Notes under the pieces: model-generated | Told to the model about the DNA's origin: nothing | Seen by the model: the letters and a program-made list of their open reading frames with translations, nothing else | The model's database searches: none | DNA from: Alphaproteobacteria bacterium | GTDB lineage: Bacteria > Pseudomonadota > Alphaproteobacteria > 16-39-46 > JABJFC01 | Direction of reading: 5' to 3' | NCBI GenBank assembly: GCA_018662925.1 | Contig: JABJFC010000057.1 | Location: 19,194-83,193 of the forward strand | DNA length: 64,000 bases | Made by a program: the position numbers and the translations under genes | Shown: piece after piece, positions 40,266-50,900 of the stretch | Layout: every line of letters starts with the position of its first letter | How positions within the stretch are numbered: the stretch's first letter is position 1

Positions 40266-40327
40266 TTTATAATAGTTTTTTCAGAATGTTCTCAAATTAT
40301 CTAAAATTTTAAAAAAATTTTGGTTTG

Positions 40328-40343
40328 TTAACCTTTTGTTAAC
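40328..40343. promoter_or_regulatory. Consensus CtrA box upstream of a Csu pilin
   Basis: TTAA-ccttttg-TTAAC (TTAA-N7-TTAA). Confidence 0.6.
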
Positions 40344-40438
40344 CTTTTCACTCTAACATTAAAGATAGAGGCAAATTCTCTGACGAGAATATTGACGCAT
40401 CTTACTGTTAACAAAGGAAATACAGGAGGACATTGGCA

Positions 40439-40939
40439 ATGAAACTAAAAATGACAAGCATAGCCTTGATTCTTGTGGGAGCGCTCGTCATGGGGACTGC
40501 AAAGGCTGATTCTTCAAATGATTCTTTTCAGGTACTCGCAACTGTTGTGGCAAGCTGCACGGTGACGAGCAATGATTTGAACTTTGGCACCTATGAGGTA
40601 TCGGGGATTCATGCCTCCAGTAACTTAAATGCAACCGGCAGCCTGGATGTGAATTGTACGCAAAATATTGCCTATGACATCGGTATGGATAATGGTTTGT
40701 ATTATGGGGCTGGGGGTCGTCAGATGGAGAGTTTGACTGGAACAGATAAACTTTCTTATCAGATTTATAGAGATTCTTCTCGGTCTAGCCAGTGGGGGGC
40801 CGTTATTGGATCAAATACAGAGTCCGATATTGGTACGGGCATTATTCAGTCTCATACTCTATATGGTACTATTCCAGGTGGTCAAAGTGCTGCTGTTGAT
40901 GATTATTCGGATACGATTGTGGTTTCTGTGACTTTTTAA
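40439..40939 (+). CDS. Csu-type fimbrial subunit (SCPU domain), probable major pilin
   Basis: Strong SD AGGAGG; FQVLATVVASCTV..LNFGTY, LSYQIYRD, YSDTIVVSVTF; followed by a terminator. Confidence 0.9.
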   Translation: MKLKMTSIALILVGALVMGTAKADSSNDSFQVLATVVASCTVTSNDLNFGTYEVSGIHASSNLNATGSLDVNCTQNIAYDIGMDNGLYYGAGGRQMESLTGTDKLSYQIYRDSSRSSQWGAVIGSNTESDIGTGIIQSHTLYGTIPGGQSAAVDDYSDTIVVSVTF

Positions 40940-40965
40940 CTTTTTAACCGGCATACCTTCCAATT

Positions 40966-41000
40966 CCGCCTTCTTCCCCTGTGGACGAAGGCGGTTTTTT
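40966..41000 (+). terminator. Rho-independent terminator between pilin and usher
   Basis: CCGCCTTC-loop-GAAGGCGG-TTTTTT. Confidence 0.75.
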
Positions 41001-41040
41001 ATACGATAATGCAAAAATAATGCTATAAAAACAGGGATGT

Positions 41041-43560
41041 TTGTCGTTGCCAGCCACTACACCAAAAATCTTTTTTAGACTCATTTTTGTTGTAAGTTTG
41101 CTTGTGCTTTGGGCAAAACCATCTTTTTCAAATCCCTCTCCAGCCGAAATGCAGGAGTTTTTACTTGAGACATCGGTTAACCACTCTAAACAGCCTGGTG
41201 TTGCTCTCTTTCTGATGGATAGCGAACAGCATCTCTGGGCGGATAAGGACGAGATACTGAAATGGCGACTAAAATTGCCAGAAGGCGTCTCCCCAGTTCA
41301 GTATCAGGGGAAAGAGTACTATGCCTTAGATTGGTATGAAGGCAGCAAATATGAGCTGGACTACGGTGCCATGCATGTATTTATTACGTTGCCGCCAAGG
41401 CATTTTCCTGAAACAGTTCTAAGCGATCTTCCCGAAAAGGTATTTGCCAAACTACCCGAAGATGTGGGTGGCTTTTTGAATTATGATTTTACAGGGACGC
41501 GCACGGGGACGCAGGCAAAAACCCGGGGTACGGGTGTAACAGAGCTGGGTGTCTTTCTTCCCTATGGCGTGGTGACCAATGATATTCTTTATAAAAATAT
41601 TGGAGGCAATTTTAAACCCATAAGATTAGAGAGCACCTGGACCGTTGATAATCCAGAAACGCCCAGTCGGTGGCAATTTGGAGATGCGACTGCTCGGCCC
41701 TCACCGTGGGGGGGCTCAGTCCTTTTTGGCGGTGTTAAATGGGGGACGGAATATGACATTCGGCCGGATATTGTAAAATTTCCTGTCCCAAGCTATCGAG
41801 GAAAAGCAGCTCTTCCCAGCAATGTGGAAGTGTTCATAAACGAATCAACTCGATTACGAAAGGAAGTGGAAAGCGGCCCCTTTTTGATCGAAGATTTGCC
41901 CGTTATATCTGGGGAAGGGGACATAAAAATCGTAACGACGGATCTATTAGGGCGGCGGCAAGAGGTAATTATGCCCTACTATACATCCCAGGAACTTTTG
42001 AAGCCTGGTTTGGAAGATATGTCCGTCTCGGTGGGTGTGATCCGCAGTGATTTCGGCATTGCGAGCAACCAATATACAGAGCCCATGGCCTCAGGAGATT
42101 ACAGGCTTGGGATTACGGATGATTTTACCTATGGTCTGCATACGGATATTTTAAAGAAGAGTCAGTCAGGGGGGCTTACCCTTGAGTATCTTCTCTTAAA
42201 TTACGCTATTTTGTCCAGTTCCTATGCCGTTAGCCGAGATACACGAGGGCCAGGGAGGCTGCTTTCCTTTGAGTTTTTGAGGCAGGGTAAATTCACCTAC
42301 GGTGGGAGAGGAACCTTTACGTCGCGTGATTTTTCCAGTGCAAGCACTCTTTTGACTTCTGTTGCCCCTAGTTTTACGGGGCAGGTTTCCACAGGCTATA
42401 CATTCGAAGATTTTGGGTCGTTAAACTTATCCTATACGTTGCAAAACCGGCGCTTGGAAGACTCAACAAAGTTTTTGACGCTAAGCTATACGAAAAATAT
42501 TACGAATGGTCTTAACTTTAGAACCAGTACGCTTATGAATCTTGTGGACAAAAAGCAAAATCAGATAACCTTTTCTCTCGTTTGGACACTGGACTCCGAT
42601 CATGTCTTGGCATCAAGTTATATCCATCGTAAGAATCAAGAAGATCAAAAAGTGACTCGATTCCGGAAGCGTCTCCCCACAGGCACTGGCTTTGGATACA
42701 ATATTTTGGCCCGGAAAGATGATAATAACTTTTATGAAGCAGGGCTAGATTACCAAAACAATTATGGGAAATATCGTTTTATTGGATCTCGCTTTAAGGC
42801 CAATGATAGTTATCAATTAGAGGCTTCTGGTGGGATAATCCATTATGGTGGAACAACGATTATGGCACGGCACGTGGATCAAGGATTTGCGCTTGTCGAA
42901 GTGCCAGACATGAAAGATGTGCGTGTCTATAGTAATAATCAGCTTGTTGGAACCACAAACTCTGATGGGAAGCTATTAATCCCCAATTTACGAGCCCATC
43001 AGAAAAACAAAGTATATTTAGAAACAAAAGACTTGCCTCTGGATGCTCAACTGCTAGATGAGCCAGAGCTTATCTTTGTTCCTTATTTCCGCAGTGGTGT
43101 TCGCGCTCGATTCGATGTGAAACGATCAAAGAGTGCAACGGCTCAGATCATGATGGATTCTGGCGAACCTGTTCCGACAGGGGCATCTGTTAAATTAGAG
43201 GATCATGCACAGTCGTACCCCGTGGCATATGACGGAGAAGTTTTCTTGACGGATCTGAAAGTGGGGACTTGGAAAGGTGAGGCACAGTGGAAAGGCAACC
43301 GTTGTTCGTTCACGATCCAACTGGATAAGACCGATGATCCCATGCCTTATTTGGGGGCAATAGGGTGTAAGCATCGCCTTACGAAGGAACAGAAAGCTAT
43401 TCCAGTTTTAAAGAAAGACGATGAAGCCGAAGCTGAAAAAGCTTCCAAAGATGATTCTGTAGATGGATCTAAGGGAGCTCAATCCCAGTCAGGTGAGAGT
43501 AAATTGCCAGCAGTTCAAGAACAAAAGTTGACGGACGAAACGGGGCCTCAAGATGAGTAA
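41041..43560 (+). CDS. Fimbrial usher, CsuD-like
   Basis: GGFLNYD, RLESTW, WQFGD, GKAALPSNVEVFIN, TTDLLGR, PYYTSQELLKPG, C-terminal Cys pair; short acidic tail. Confidence 0.92.
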   Translation: MSLPATTPKIFFRLIFVVSLLVLWAKPSFSNPSPAEMQEFLLETSVNHSKQPGVALFLMDSEQHLWADKDEILKWRLKLPEGVSPVQYQGKEYYALDWYEGSKYELDYGAMHVFITLPPRHFPETVLSDLPEKVFAKLPEDVGGFLNYDFTGTRTGTQAKTRGTGVTELGVFLPYGVVTNDILYKNIGGNFKPIRLESTWTVDNPETPSRWQFGDATARPSPWGGSVLFGGVKWGTEYDIRPDIVKFPVPSYRGKAALPSNVEVFINESTRLRKEVESGPFLIEDLPVISGEGDIKIVTTDLLGRRQEVIMPYYTSQELLKPGLEDMSVSVGVIRSDFGIASNQYTEPMASGDYRLGITDDFTYGLHTDILKKSQSGGLTLEYLLLNYAILSSSYAVSRDTRGPGRLLSFEFLRQGKFTYGGRGTFTSRDFSSASTLLTSVAPSFTGQVSTGYTFEDFGSLNLSYTLQNRRLEDSTKFLTLSYTKNITNGLNFRTSTLMNLVDKKQNQITFSLVWTLDSDHVLASSYIHRKNQEDQKVTRFRKRLPTGTGFGYNILARKDDNNFYEAGLDYQNNYGKYRFIGSRFKANDSYQLEASGGIIHYGGTTIMARHVDQGFALVEVPDMKDVRVYSNNQLVGTTNSDGKLLIPNLRAHQKNKVYLETKDLPLDAQLLDEPELIFVPYFRSGVRARFDVKRSKSATAQIMMDSGEPVPTGASVKLEDHAQSYPVAYDGEVFLTDLKVGTWKGEAQWKGNRCSFTIQLDKTDDPMPYLGAIGCKHRLTKEQKAIPVLKKDDEAEAEKASKDDSVDGSKGAQSQSGESKLPAVQEQKLTDETGPQDE

Positions 43561-43640
43561 CTTTGTTTTTAGGTTGAAGAGGATGTTCAACTGGAGTGAT
43601 TTCTATTATTATGGGTACAATGGGGGATGTGAGTGTGTTC

Positions 43641-44153
43641 ATGAAGAATATAAATGAAAAAAAGAATCTGCATAAAACCTACATATGGTTGATCTGTATT
43701 TGTGCCATGTTTTTTGTCAGTCAAAATGCGCAGGCGAAATGTAATGGGGAGACTTGTACATGTGACGTGACAGCAGACTCCTTTTCTTTCGGAGAATATA
43801 CCCCATTTGAAAATCATTCCGTGGATTCGACCAGCACCATAAAAGTGACTTGTAGTGCCTCTGACTCTTTTAGGGCTCGGTATGTTATTTCTCTTATGAC
43901 GGGCAATTCTGGCTCCTATCGGGTTCGAAAAATGAGCAGTGGCAGATCCTTTCTCCAATACAACCTCTACACAGGGCCTTCTCATCGCGTTGTGTGGGGA
44001 AATGGGAGTCAGGGCTCCAAAAGGGTTACGGGCAGAAGTTCCGGGTCTCGGGCAGTGACCAAGGAATTTACCTTGTATGGTCGAATCCCTTCGAACCAGA
44101 ATGTGCCGGTTGGGTTTTACTCTGATACCATCGTCGTGGGGATAGATTTCTAG
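43641..44153 (+). CDS. Csu-type fimbrial subunit (SCPU domain)
   Basis: Signal; CTCDV..FSFGEY, LQYNLYT, YGRIPSNQNVPVGFYSDTIVV. Confidence 0.88.
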   Translation: MKNINEKKNLHKTYIWLICICAMFFVSQNAQAKCNGETCTCDVTADSFSFGEYTPFENHSVDSTSTIKVTCSASDSFRARYVISLMTGNSGSYRVRKMSSGRSFLQYNLYTGPSHRVVWGNGSQGSKRVTGRSSGSRAVTKEFTLYGRIPSNQNVPVGFYSDTIVVGIDF

Positions 44154-44314
44154 TTTCTAGAGAGCGGGAAAGGCCAAATCTATTATCTTATGTTTGGCCT
44201 CTTGTTTTGCCTCTGGGCCCTTTGATCGCTAAAAACTCTATACTGTCATCTCACGTTCCGACATTCGATAAATCCGATGCAAAAAGTTCCCACTCCGGCA
44301 TCAGTTATCCGTTC

Positions 44315-44992
44315 CTACGAAACCTTTCTCAAAGCCCGCTTCTCAAACACATGTACGATTTTTTCGCCATTCCAGTGATAAGACAGGTGGCGTTCTTGGC
44401 GGCAATTGCTTAGGACAGCAGCTTTAAAGGTTGCGGTACACAGGCCATCAGGTTGGCGAACGCTTTTGTACGTTAGGCCATTGGAATCTTCAGACTTTAG
44501 ACGAAGGGCGAGTGCTTGGGAATTTCCATAGTTGGTAGGGTGGTAAACATCAGATACATCCTCATTCAGGGTCCTGAGATCATGAAAGTCCCCCACTAGG
44601 TCTGCAACCAAGACGCGCATATCAATGAACATGGCCCCTTCCCCGGTTGCTCGGAGAAAGTTTTCCCGATGATAAGTGGTCTCGGCAATGGCGGTTTGCA
44701 GGTCGAAGGCCGCATAATACACGCCCCAAGAGCCATCACTAAAGCGGCTGCCACGCCTATTCTTGTGGGTAAAAGCTGCGGAGATATAGTTTGACGCAGG
44801 CTTTGTTCCGGCCGCATCTTTCCAGGCGGGGGCGCCACTGCGCAGCCGATCGTTGGTCATGCTTTCAATTTCGGCGAGGGCTCGGTGATTTTGTGGCCCG
44901 GCAATGCGTTCGAAAGGATTTACCGGGGGATACCGGCTGGGAATAATGCGCCAACAGGGAAGCCAGCGTATGGCACTTTTGGGTATCTTCAT
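44315..44992 (-). CDS. RES-domain toxin (NAD+ phosphorylase family)
   Basis: WRIIPSRYPP, GSRFSDGSWGVYYAA, AIAET, YKSVR. Confidence 0.92.
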   Translation of the reverse strand: MKIPKSAIRWLPCWRIIPSRYPPVNPFERIAGPQNHRALAEIESMTNDRLRSGAPAWKDAAGTKPASNYISAAFTHKNRRGSRFSDGSWGVYYAAFDLQTAIAETTYHRENFLRATGEGAMFIDMRVLVADLVGDFHDLRTLNEDVSDVYHPTNYGNSQALALRLKSEDSNGLTYKSVRQPDGLCTATFKAAVLSNCRQERHLSYHWNGEKIVHVFEKRALRKVS

Positions 44993-45384
44993 GACCAGCC
45001 TCCGCGCTGGGCATCCAAATACTGGCGTACTTCAAATAGATCAACCACATTACCAGATAGCATCCGATCTAGGGCAGACTTCTCGTCAAAAGCCGTATTG
45101 CTTTTATGGATCCATTCATCGGCAATGCTAGGGTTGGGGAATAGAATCTGGAGGGCTTTGTAAATGCCTAAGATATAGGAAATCCGCTCTAGTGTATCTT
45201 TGGACAAAAGGCCATTTTTCTCTTTTTTCCATTTGAAAAAGGTGGAGCGGGATTCTAGGCCCAACAAATTCATTTGTTGCTCAGTATCAAGGTGCCAAAG
45301 ATTTGCAATGTTGAAAAATGCATCCAAGGCAGGGCGCGCCAAATCGCGACGATTAATCTCTTGTGAGGTACTTGTATCAACCAT
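44989..45384 (-). CDS. Xre/MbcA/ParS antitoxin
   Basis: N-terminal HTH, ERISYILGIYKAL, C-terminal VRQYLDAQRGG; overlaps the RES start by 4 nt. Confidence 0.92.
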   Translation of the reverse strand: MVDTSTSQEINRRDLARPALDAFFNIANLWHLDTEQQMNLLGLESRSTFFKWKKEKNGLLSKDTLERISYILGIYKALQILFPNPSIADEWIHKSNTAFDEKSALDRMLSGNVVDLFEVRQYLDAQRGGWS

Positions 45385-45563
45385 TTCCCTGATCCCTTTG
45401 CGGTTGTTTATGGATAGTCTATATATAAAATTTATCTAAAATTTTATCCATATTTGGACTTTTGTCAAGGGGGAGGATAGAAGACGGTTGACGTCCTAAT
45501 TTTTACATAATAAATCTATCCATAGAGTTAAACGGAAATATTATATATATGGAGAGTTTCCAG

Positions 45564-46349
45564 ATGAGCAGAATATCCAGTTTTTTCAGCAAGCCTTTGT
45601 TGGTTTTGGCGTTTATATTTGTTGGTACGACAGTTACTGAGGCATCTAGTAAAGTATTTGGGATGGAGGGGGCTACCTATTCTATGGTAGATAATTCAGA
45701 GTTTGAAGAAGACGGGAAAATGTATGCAGTGGTGCGGGCAACAGTTCAGAGTCAGTCGGAAGAGGAAGATTTCACTCAAGAGAAAGAGTTTGAGGTACGA
45801 GGATCCCACTCAAAGTATGCGTATCATGATGGTGAATTATATGCGACTGATGTTTTCAGTGTGAGTAGATTTATGCTCAACGAGGAAAGAACTCCTTTAG
45901 CTTCCCATATATTTAACCGTACGGAACAATATGGCTATGAGGCTTTAGGAGAAACCACTCTTAGAACAGCCTTGGAAGATGGTTGGGAGGCCGTTTTTAA
46001 AGGAACGCGCTTCCAAAGGCCTTTTGAGGGTGGTGAGTTTGTTCTTGAAGATGAGCAGCAGAATGATGAGCGTGTGAGAGAACAAAGGACAAAGGAAGCG
46101 AGTCTGAATTTTTCAATTTGTGTGCGGGAGTGGGATGAATTTTCAGGTTTTAAGAAAAAAAAGCGCCATTCCCTGAAGCAGTATGATGGTTACAAAGTTT
46201 CAAAAGTGACGGAGCATCGGATCCCTGGAGAAACAGAAATTAGTCGGACTGAAACTAAGGAATTAGAGCCAGGGGGAATATATACCACGACGACAGAGGC
46301 CCCTGAGTGTGCATCGGGACAAAAATTACGAGAGCTTAATCCTCTGTAA
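45564..46349 (+). CDS. Hypothetical exported protein
   Basis: Long ORF with signal peptide (..VGTTVTEA); acidic; no recognisable motif; alternative ATG at 45549. Confidence 0.6.
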   Translation: MSRISSFFSKPLLVLAFIFVGTTVTEASSKVFGMEGATYSMVDNSEFEEDGKMYAVVRATVQSQSEEEDFTQEKEFEVRGSHSKYAYHDGELYATDVFSVSRFMLNEERTPLASHIFNRTEQYGYEALGETTLRTALEDGWEAVFKGTRFQRPFEGGEFVLEDEQQNDERVREQRTKEASLNFSICVREWDEFSGFKKKKRHSLKQYDGYKVSKVTEHRIPGETEISRTETKELEPGGIYTTTTEAPECASGQKLRELNPL

Positions 46350-46489
46350 GTCTTAAGCCGGTGGGATCTAGAGGCACTTGGTATATCCTTCAGGCTTCCG
46401 GAAACAAGTTCAAGAAACGGAGGGCAGCAATGGTCAAAGCCATTAATCTGACCTCCGATTTGAGGCTGTTCTCTGCCCCTTGAGATATC

Positions 46490-47236
46490 TTACTCAACCG
46501 TGATCGTTGTTGTGTATTCGTCCTCTTTAAGGAGCCCGGTCAGCTTGATTTCATTGCCTGTAAGGTCTTTATCTAGGCTTATTTTCCAGGTGTGACGTTG
46601 TTCTGGAAGCACGTAGCTGAACGTAGATTCCTTTTTGCTAATTGGCTTATCAGCGGTATCTTTTAGCTGTAAGTCTGCGACACGGATATGGTTTTCTCCT
46701 GCGTTGTGGAGATCCACTTGCACCGTTTTGCTATCTAGGCGCTTTGCTTTCCAAATAGGTTTCATCTCCGTTTCATTTTTCGGATGTACGAATACGGGAA
46801 TACTCATAACCAATTGGACCTGGAGCTTTCCCTGTCGAGCCTTCGCCTGAGCCGCTGTTGTGACTTCGGGGATGATTTCCGTGATAAACAGGCGATATGC
46901 TTTTTCCCGTTTTTCATCGGGGGCATTTCTAAGGGCGACCCGAATGGTCTGGCTCTTTTTTCCTTTTACGGGAAAGATAGGAGGGCTTACGACCATGTCT
47001 CGGCTCAATTCATATAAATCTTCACCGTCCTTTTGGTCCCAAGATTTTAGTTGGACCTGAAGCTGTCCACTTTCATCATTTAAGTTCCTGAGAAGGAGCT
47101 TTGTCACCGTGTCTTGAGGGGACAAATGGAGGCGGATAGGATTTAAATGATAGCTTCCTGTCGCAAATACCTTTGATGGATTGGACAGAAGTAAGCAGCT
47201 AAAGAAAGCGAGTAGGATTTTGTTTTTATGTTTCAT
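46490..47236 (-). CDS. Periplasmic pilus chaperone, CsuC-like
   Basis: NPIRLHL, WDQKDGED, VVSPPIF, EKAYRLFITE, SIPVFV, NAGENH, YVLP. Confidence 0.92.
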   Translation of the reverse strand: MKHKNKILLAFFSCLLLSNPSKVFATGSYHLNPIRLHLSPQDTVTKLLLRNLNDESGQLQVQLKSWDQKDGEDLYELSRDMVVSPPIFPVKGKKSQTIRVALRNAPDEKREKAYRLFITEIIPEVTTAAQAKARQGKLQVQLVMSIPVFVHPKNETEMKPIWKAKRLDSKTVQVDLHNAGENHIRVADLQLKDTADKPISKKESTFSYVLPEQRHTWKISLDKDLTGNEIKLTGLLKEDEYTTTITVE

Positions 47237-47237
47237 T

Positions 47238-47780
47238 TTAGTATGTCACCGTAACTGTTATTACATCACTATACGTATCGTTATCAATCACTTGCCCTGA
47301 CAGGACGGCACCGTAGACTGTAATAGTCTCGTTGGTGCCCGAAGAGGTCCCTGATTTCGTATCGGAGCCGGGAGAATTTCCCCAGTTGATGCTTCGAGAC
47401 GAATTTTGGAATAACTTATAATTTAAGGTATCCGACCCGTTGGCGGCTTTCATCTTTCGCGTCGTCGTTGTTCCACCAGAAGTCGTTCCTTGGTTCAAAC
47501 CGACGTCATACGTTGTCCCAACGGTACAAGTGAGTTGAATATTTGAGCTAGAGTTCAGATTATTGGTAGCGTTGACGCCAATTGGGTCGTAACTGCCAAA
47601 GCTCAAATCGTTGGCGGTGACCTGACAGGACTCCGCAACAGAGGCTGAAACTTGGAATGTGGTTCTATCTGATTCTCCCGAGTCGCCGGCGTCTTCTCCC
47701 CCTGAAGAACCAGCGAATGCTCCTGTTGCATAAAAAAGGCCAAATGCTACAGCAGTCGCTTTAGAAATTGCTATTTTCAT
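47238..47780 (-). CDS. Csu-type fimbrial subunit (SCPU domain)
   Basis: Signal; FQVSASVAESCQVTANDLSFGSY, LNYKLFQ, YSDVITVTVTY. Confidence 0.9.
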   Translation of the reverse strand: MKIAISKATAVAFGLFYATGAFAGSSGGEDAGDSGESDRTTFQVSASVAESCQVTANDLSFGSYDPIGVNATNNLNSSSNIQLTCTVGTTYDVGLNQGTTSGGTTTTRKMKAANGSDTLNYKLFQNSSRSINWGNSPGSDTKSGTSSGTNETITVYGAVLSGQVIDNDTYSDVITVTVTY

Positions 47781-47909
47781 TGTTGATACTTTCTCATTTT
47801 TTTCTTTTCAGTATGTCATGATATAAAAATTAGGTATAGCAATTTTGAAATAAATACATTTTTTACTTTTAAATCAATGATAAAAGTTAATTTGGTCCCT
47901 GTATTTTTT

Positions 47910-50900
47910 TTAATAGCCAAAATGTCCTTGGCGGAGGACGTATTTAATAACTCGGACGGTATGGTCGTCTAACCCACTGTTAAAATCTAGATTAAGGTGT
48001 TGTAAGCTCCGATTAAAAACTATCCCATTTGTGTTTAGTTTTGTACTGGGGCCTTCCTCATCTGTTCTCGATTCATTTTTGCCCTCTTCTTTTTTACCCT
48101 CTTCGTTTTCGTCCTTAAAAGCTGAAACATCAACAAGTCCTAAGGTAAGCATGGTAAACCACCCCTGATTATTAATAGAATTATGAGAGAGGTCAACGTC
48201 CTTCAAAACAGAATTCTTTCTAAATAATCTGGCTAGGCAAGAACAATCTCGAACATCAATTCGATTATCTTTCAAATTCAAAATGGAGACAGTTTCATGA
48301 TTTTCGAGTGAGTCGACAAGCGTTGTCAACAGTTGGCCATTAACGCTATTTGAGGAGAGGTCGAGTAGGCTAAGTTTACTACGTTTAACGGCGGGACTAA
48401 GTTTTTCAATGGCAGGTTGATTAAGTCTCGAGCTAGCAAGATAAAGCTTAGTCAAATTTCCATCACCCAAAACGAGCAATCTGGCTATGCTTTTTATACC
48501 TGCTTCTCCAAAAACGTTATCACTGGCGTCCAATGAAATAAGGTTATTGGCATCGTATAGAATAGTTTCAATTCTATCGTCGGAAATACCGCAGCGTGAA
48601 ATACTCAAATGGGTTAAGTGAGAGTGTTTTCTAAGTTGTTGTCCAAGTGTTTCAGCCTCTGTATCTGATAATTGTCGTCCAGAAAGATTTAATTCAGTGA
48701 TGAATTTGCTGCTTAAGACTCTTTCAAGTTGAACAGAAAAATCCCCATCGATTTCATAACTTGGATCGGCAAATTCGACGGGGAATCCATTCTCAAATGC
48801 GAACTTTCTGGCCAGGGCAAGAAGCTTATCCTGAGGAGTAGAGTCATCGGTAAGCCTAAGTTCCTTGGGGAGGTATATATGATTTTTTCCATCTAATTTT
48901 GGGTATTTTCTTTTTGTTTGTGGTTTTGAAGCCATTTCCCTCAGTTGTTCTAGTTCTTGGGCCTCATGAACAACTTGCACCAGATCTAAATCCTGGTCTG
49001 TAGGAGTGGCTCGTGAATTGGAGGTCGAGCTTTTTACTGGAGCTAAGGCACCTGGAAAACCAAGAATATAGTCTTTGAGGACTGGATCGAGAGTTTGAAT
49101 GCCGGGTTCGGTAGCAAAGCGGGTTAAAAGTTTTTCAAGAATCAAAATTCCTAAACTAGCAGCATACGTGCCCTTCAATGCAGCAGCAAAAAAAACGTCG
49201 TTTGCCTCCTTAAAAGCGGAGATCAAGGCAATCGGACTACGCTTTCGGAGAGAAAGTTCTGTACTCAAAGTACACCTTACACGCATCTCAGGAACTTCTA
49301 TTTCAATGCCTGGATATAAACCCTGTACATGATCTACTGTTTTTTGTGACCTTGTATCAAGTTCGTCCTTTGATGGTGTCATAAGAGCTGCAATGTTTCC
49401 TAGTAGATTGCTTCGGAAACAGGAGACTGTGTCAGAATCTAATCGGCACCCCTCATCTGTTGGACTGTAGATGGCTGCGAACTTCTCATTGACTGGGCAC
49501 AACATAGCACCACCGCGTTCAGGTTGTCCGAAAAGCCCAGACCTATGTCCCTTGAAAATAGGGATTTGATTTTGATTTATTTTAGCAAGAACGATCCCGC
49601 GAACATAAATGTGTAATTCAGGATGTTTTACGAATCTACTGAGGTCTTTATAGGAATAGGGTGAATCAGGGGCGATAGAAAAAGAGCTACCTCGGCTGGT
49701 TGATGGAGTGTTGTCTCTTGTGACGTGCTGGGGTATGGCGTTTGCATCGGTAGGTGATGCACTGTTGGATTTTACTTTCTCTTCTTCTTTGGGCGGAGGG
49801 GGGGGCACTACGAAGGAAGAAACATTAGATAGCGATTCTTTGAGTGCCGATTCATCTGCAGCTTCATTCAGTTTATTTCGAAGATTCTGTGCGATAGTTA
49901 GCATTTCCTCGTCAGAGTGCTTAACAAAAATACTGCTATCTGTTGGACTACCTGTTGAATTAATCAGCTTATTTATGAGGGGGTAGGATCCCTCTGAACC
50001 TGCAATTACGACAAAATCAGCGTGAATTCTTTTGGTGGGCTCTCCTGCTAAGACCATGTATCCAGTTGGTGTTTCTCCATCAGGATAAGTAGCATATTTG
50101 ATTATTCCAGTTACTTCATGATTGGTGTACGTCTCAATATTCTTTCTTTTCAGAAGGTTAAGTAGATATGACCCTACTAACATAGGGTTCATCCCCTTTT
50201 CCTTTGTCAAGATCCCTCCCAGGAATTGAGGAAATCTTTCGTCTTCTTCTAATTCTTCAAAAAGGGCACTAGGAAGTCCCAGGAATTGATTGCCTGTTTC
50301 TTCATCGCTGTCAAAATGTTTTCGAAGTTCAGCAAAAAGTTCTGAATACTGTTCTTGACGTCTCTCATAATTTTCTCTGACTTGTTCTAATGTTAGTTCT
50401 TCTTCTGACTCCAACTTTTCTTGTTTTAACTTTGAAACAAGAAAGGCTAGACGTGGTAAGTTTGCGAAAATGTATTCTGGAAGCATTTGTAAAAATAGCA
50501 AGCTTGAGTACATACAGGACTCGGAAGTGTGCTCATGGGTAGAGTATTCTCCTCCAGAGTGAAGTCTGATAGCGAGGATACTAGCACCAGAAAATAACCG
50601 CTCATTTTTCTCTACTATGATGACATTAAGTCCAAAACTACGGCACAATATTGCTGCGGGGAGAGACGAATATCCTGATCCAACAAACACAATAGTTGGC
50701 ATGTTTTTGGCAAGAGAAGGAGTGACAGCTCTTGAGGCGGGATTTTCTAATTTAGTTTTACACGTGACGTACATCCCCTCCAAAAAGAGAGGGGCTCTTG
50801 TGTGGTTTTCGTTAGTGGCTTGAGTAAACCACTCCACTGCTTCCAAGTTATTGCCAGCATTCAGGGCTTTCACGCCGTTAAGGAAAAATTGATTTGCATT

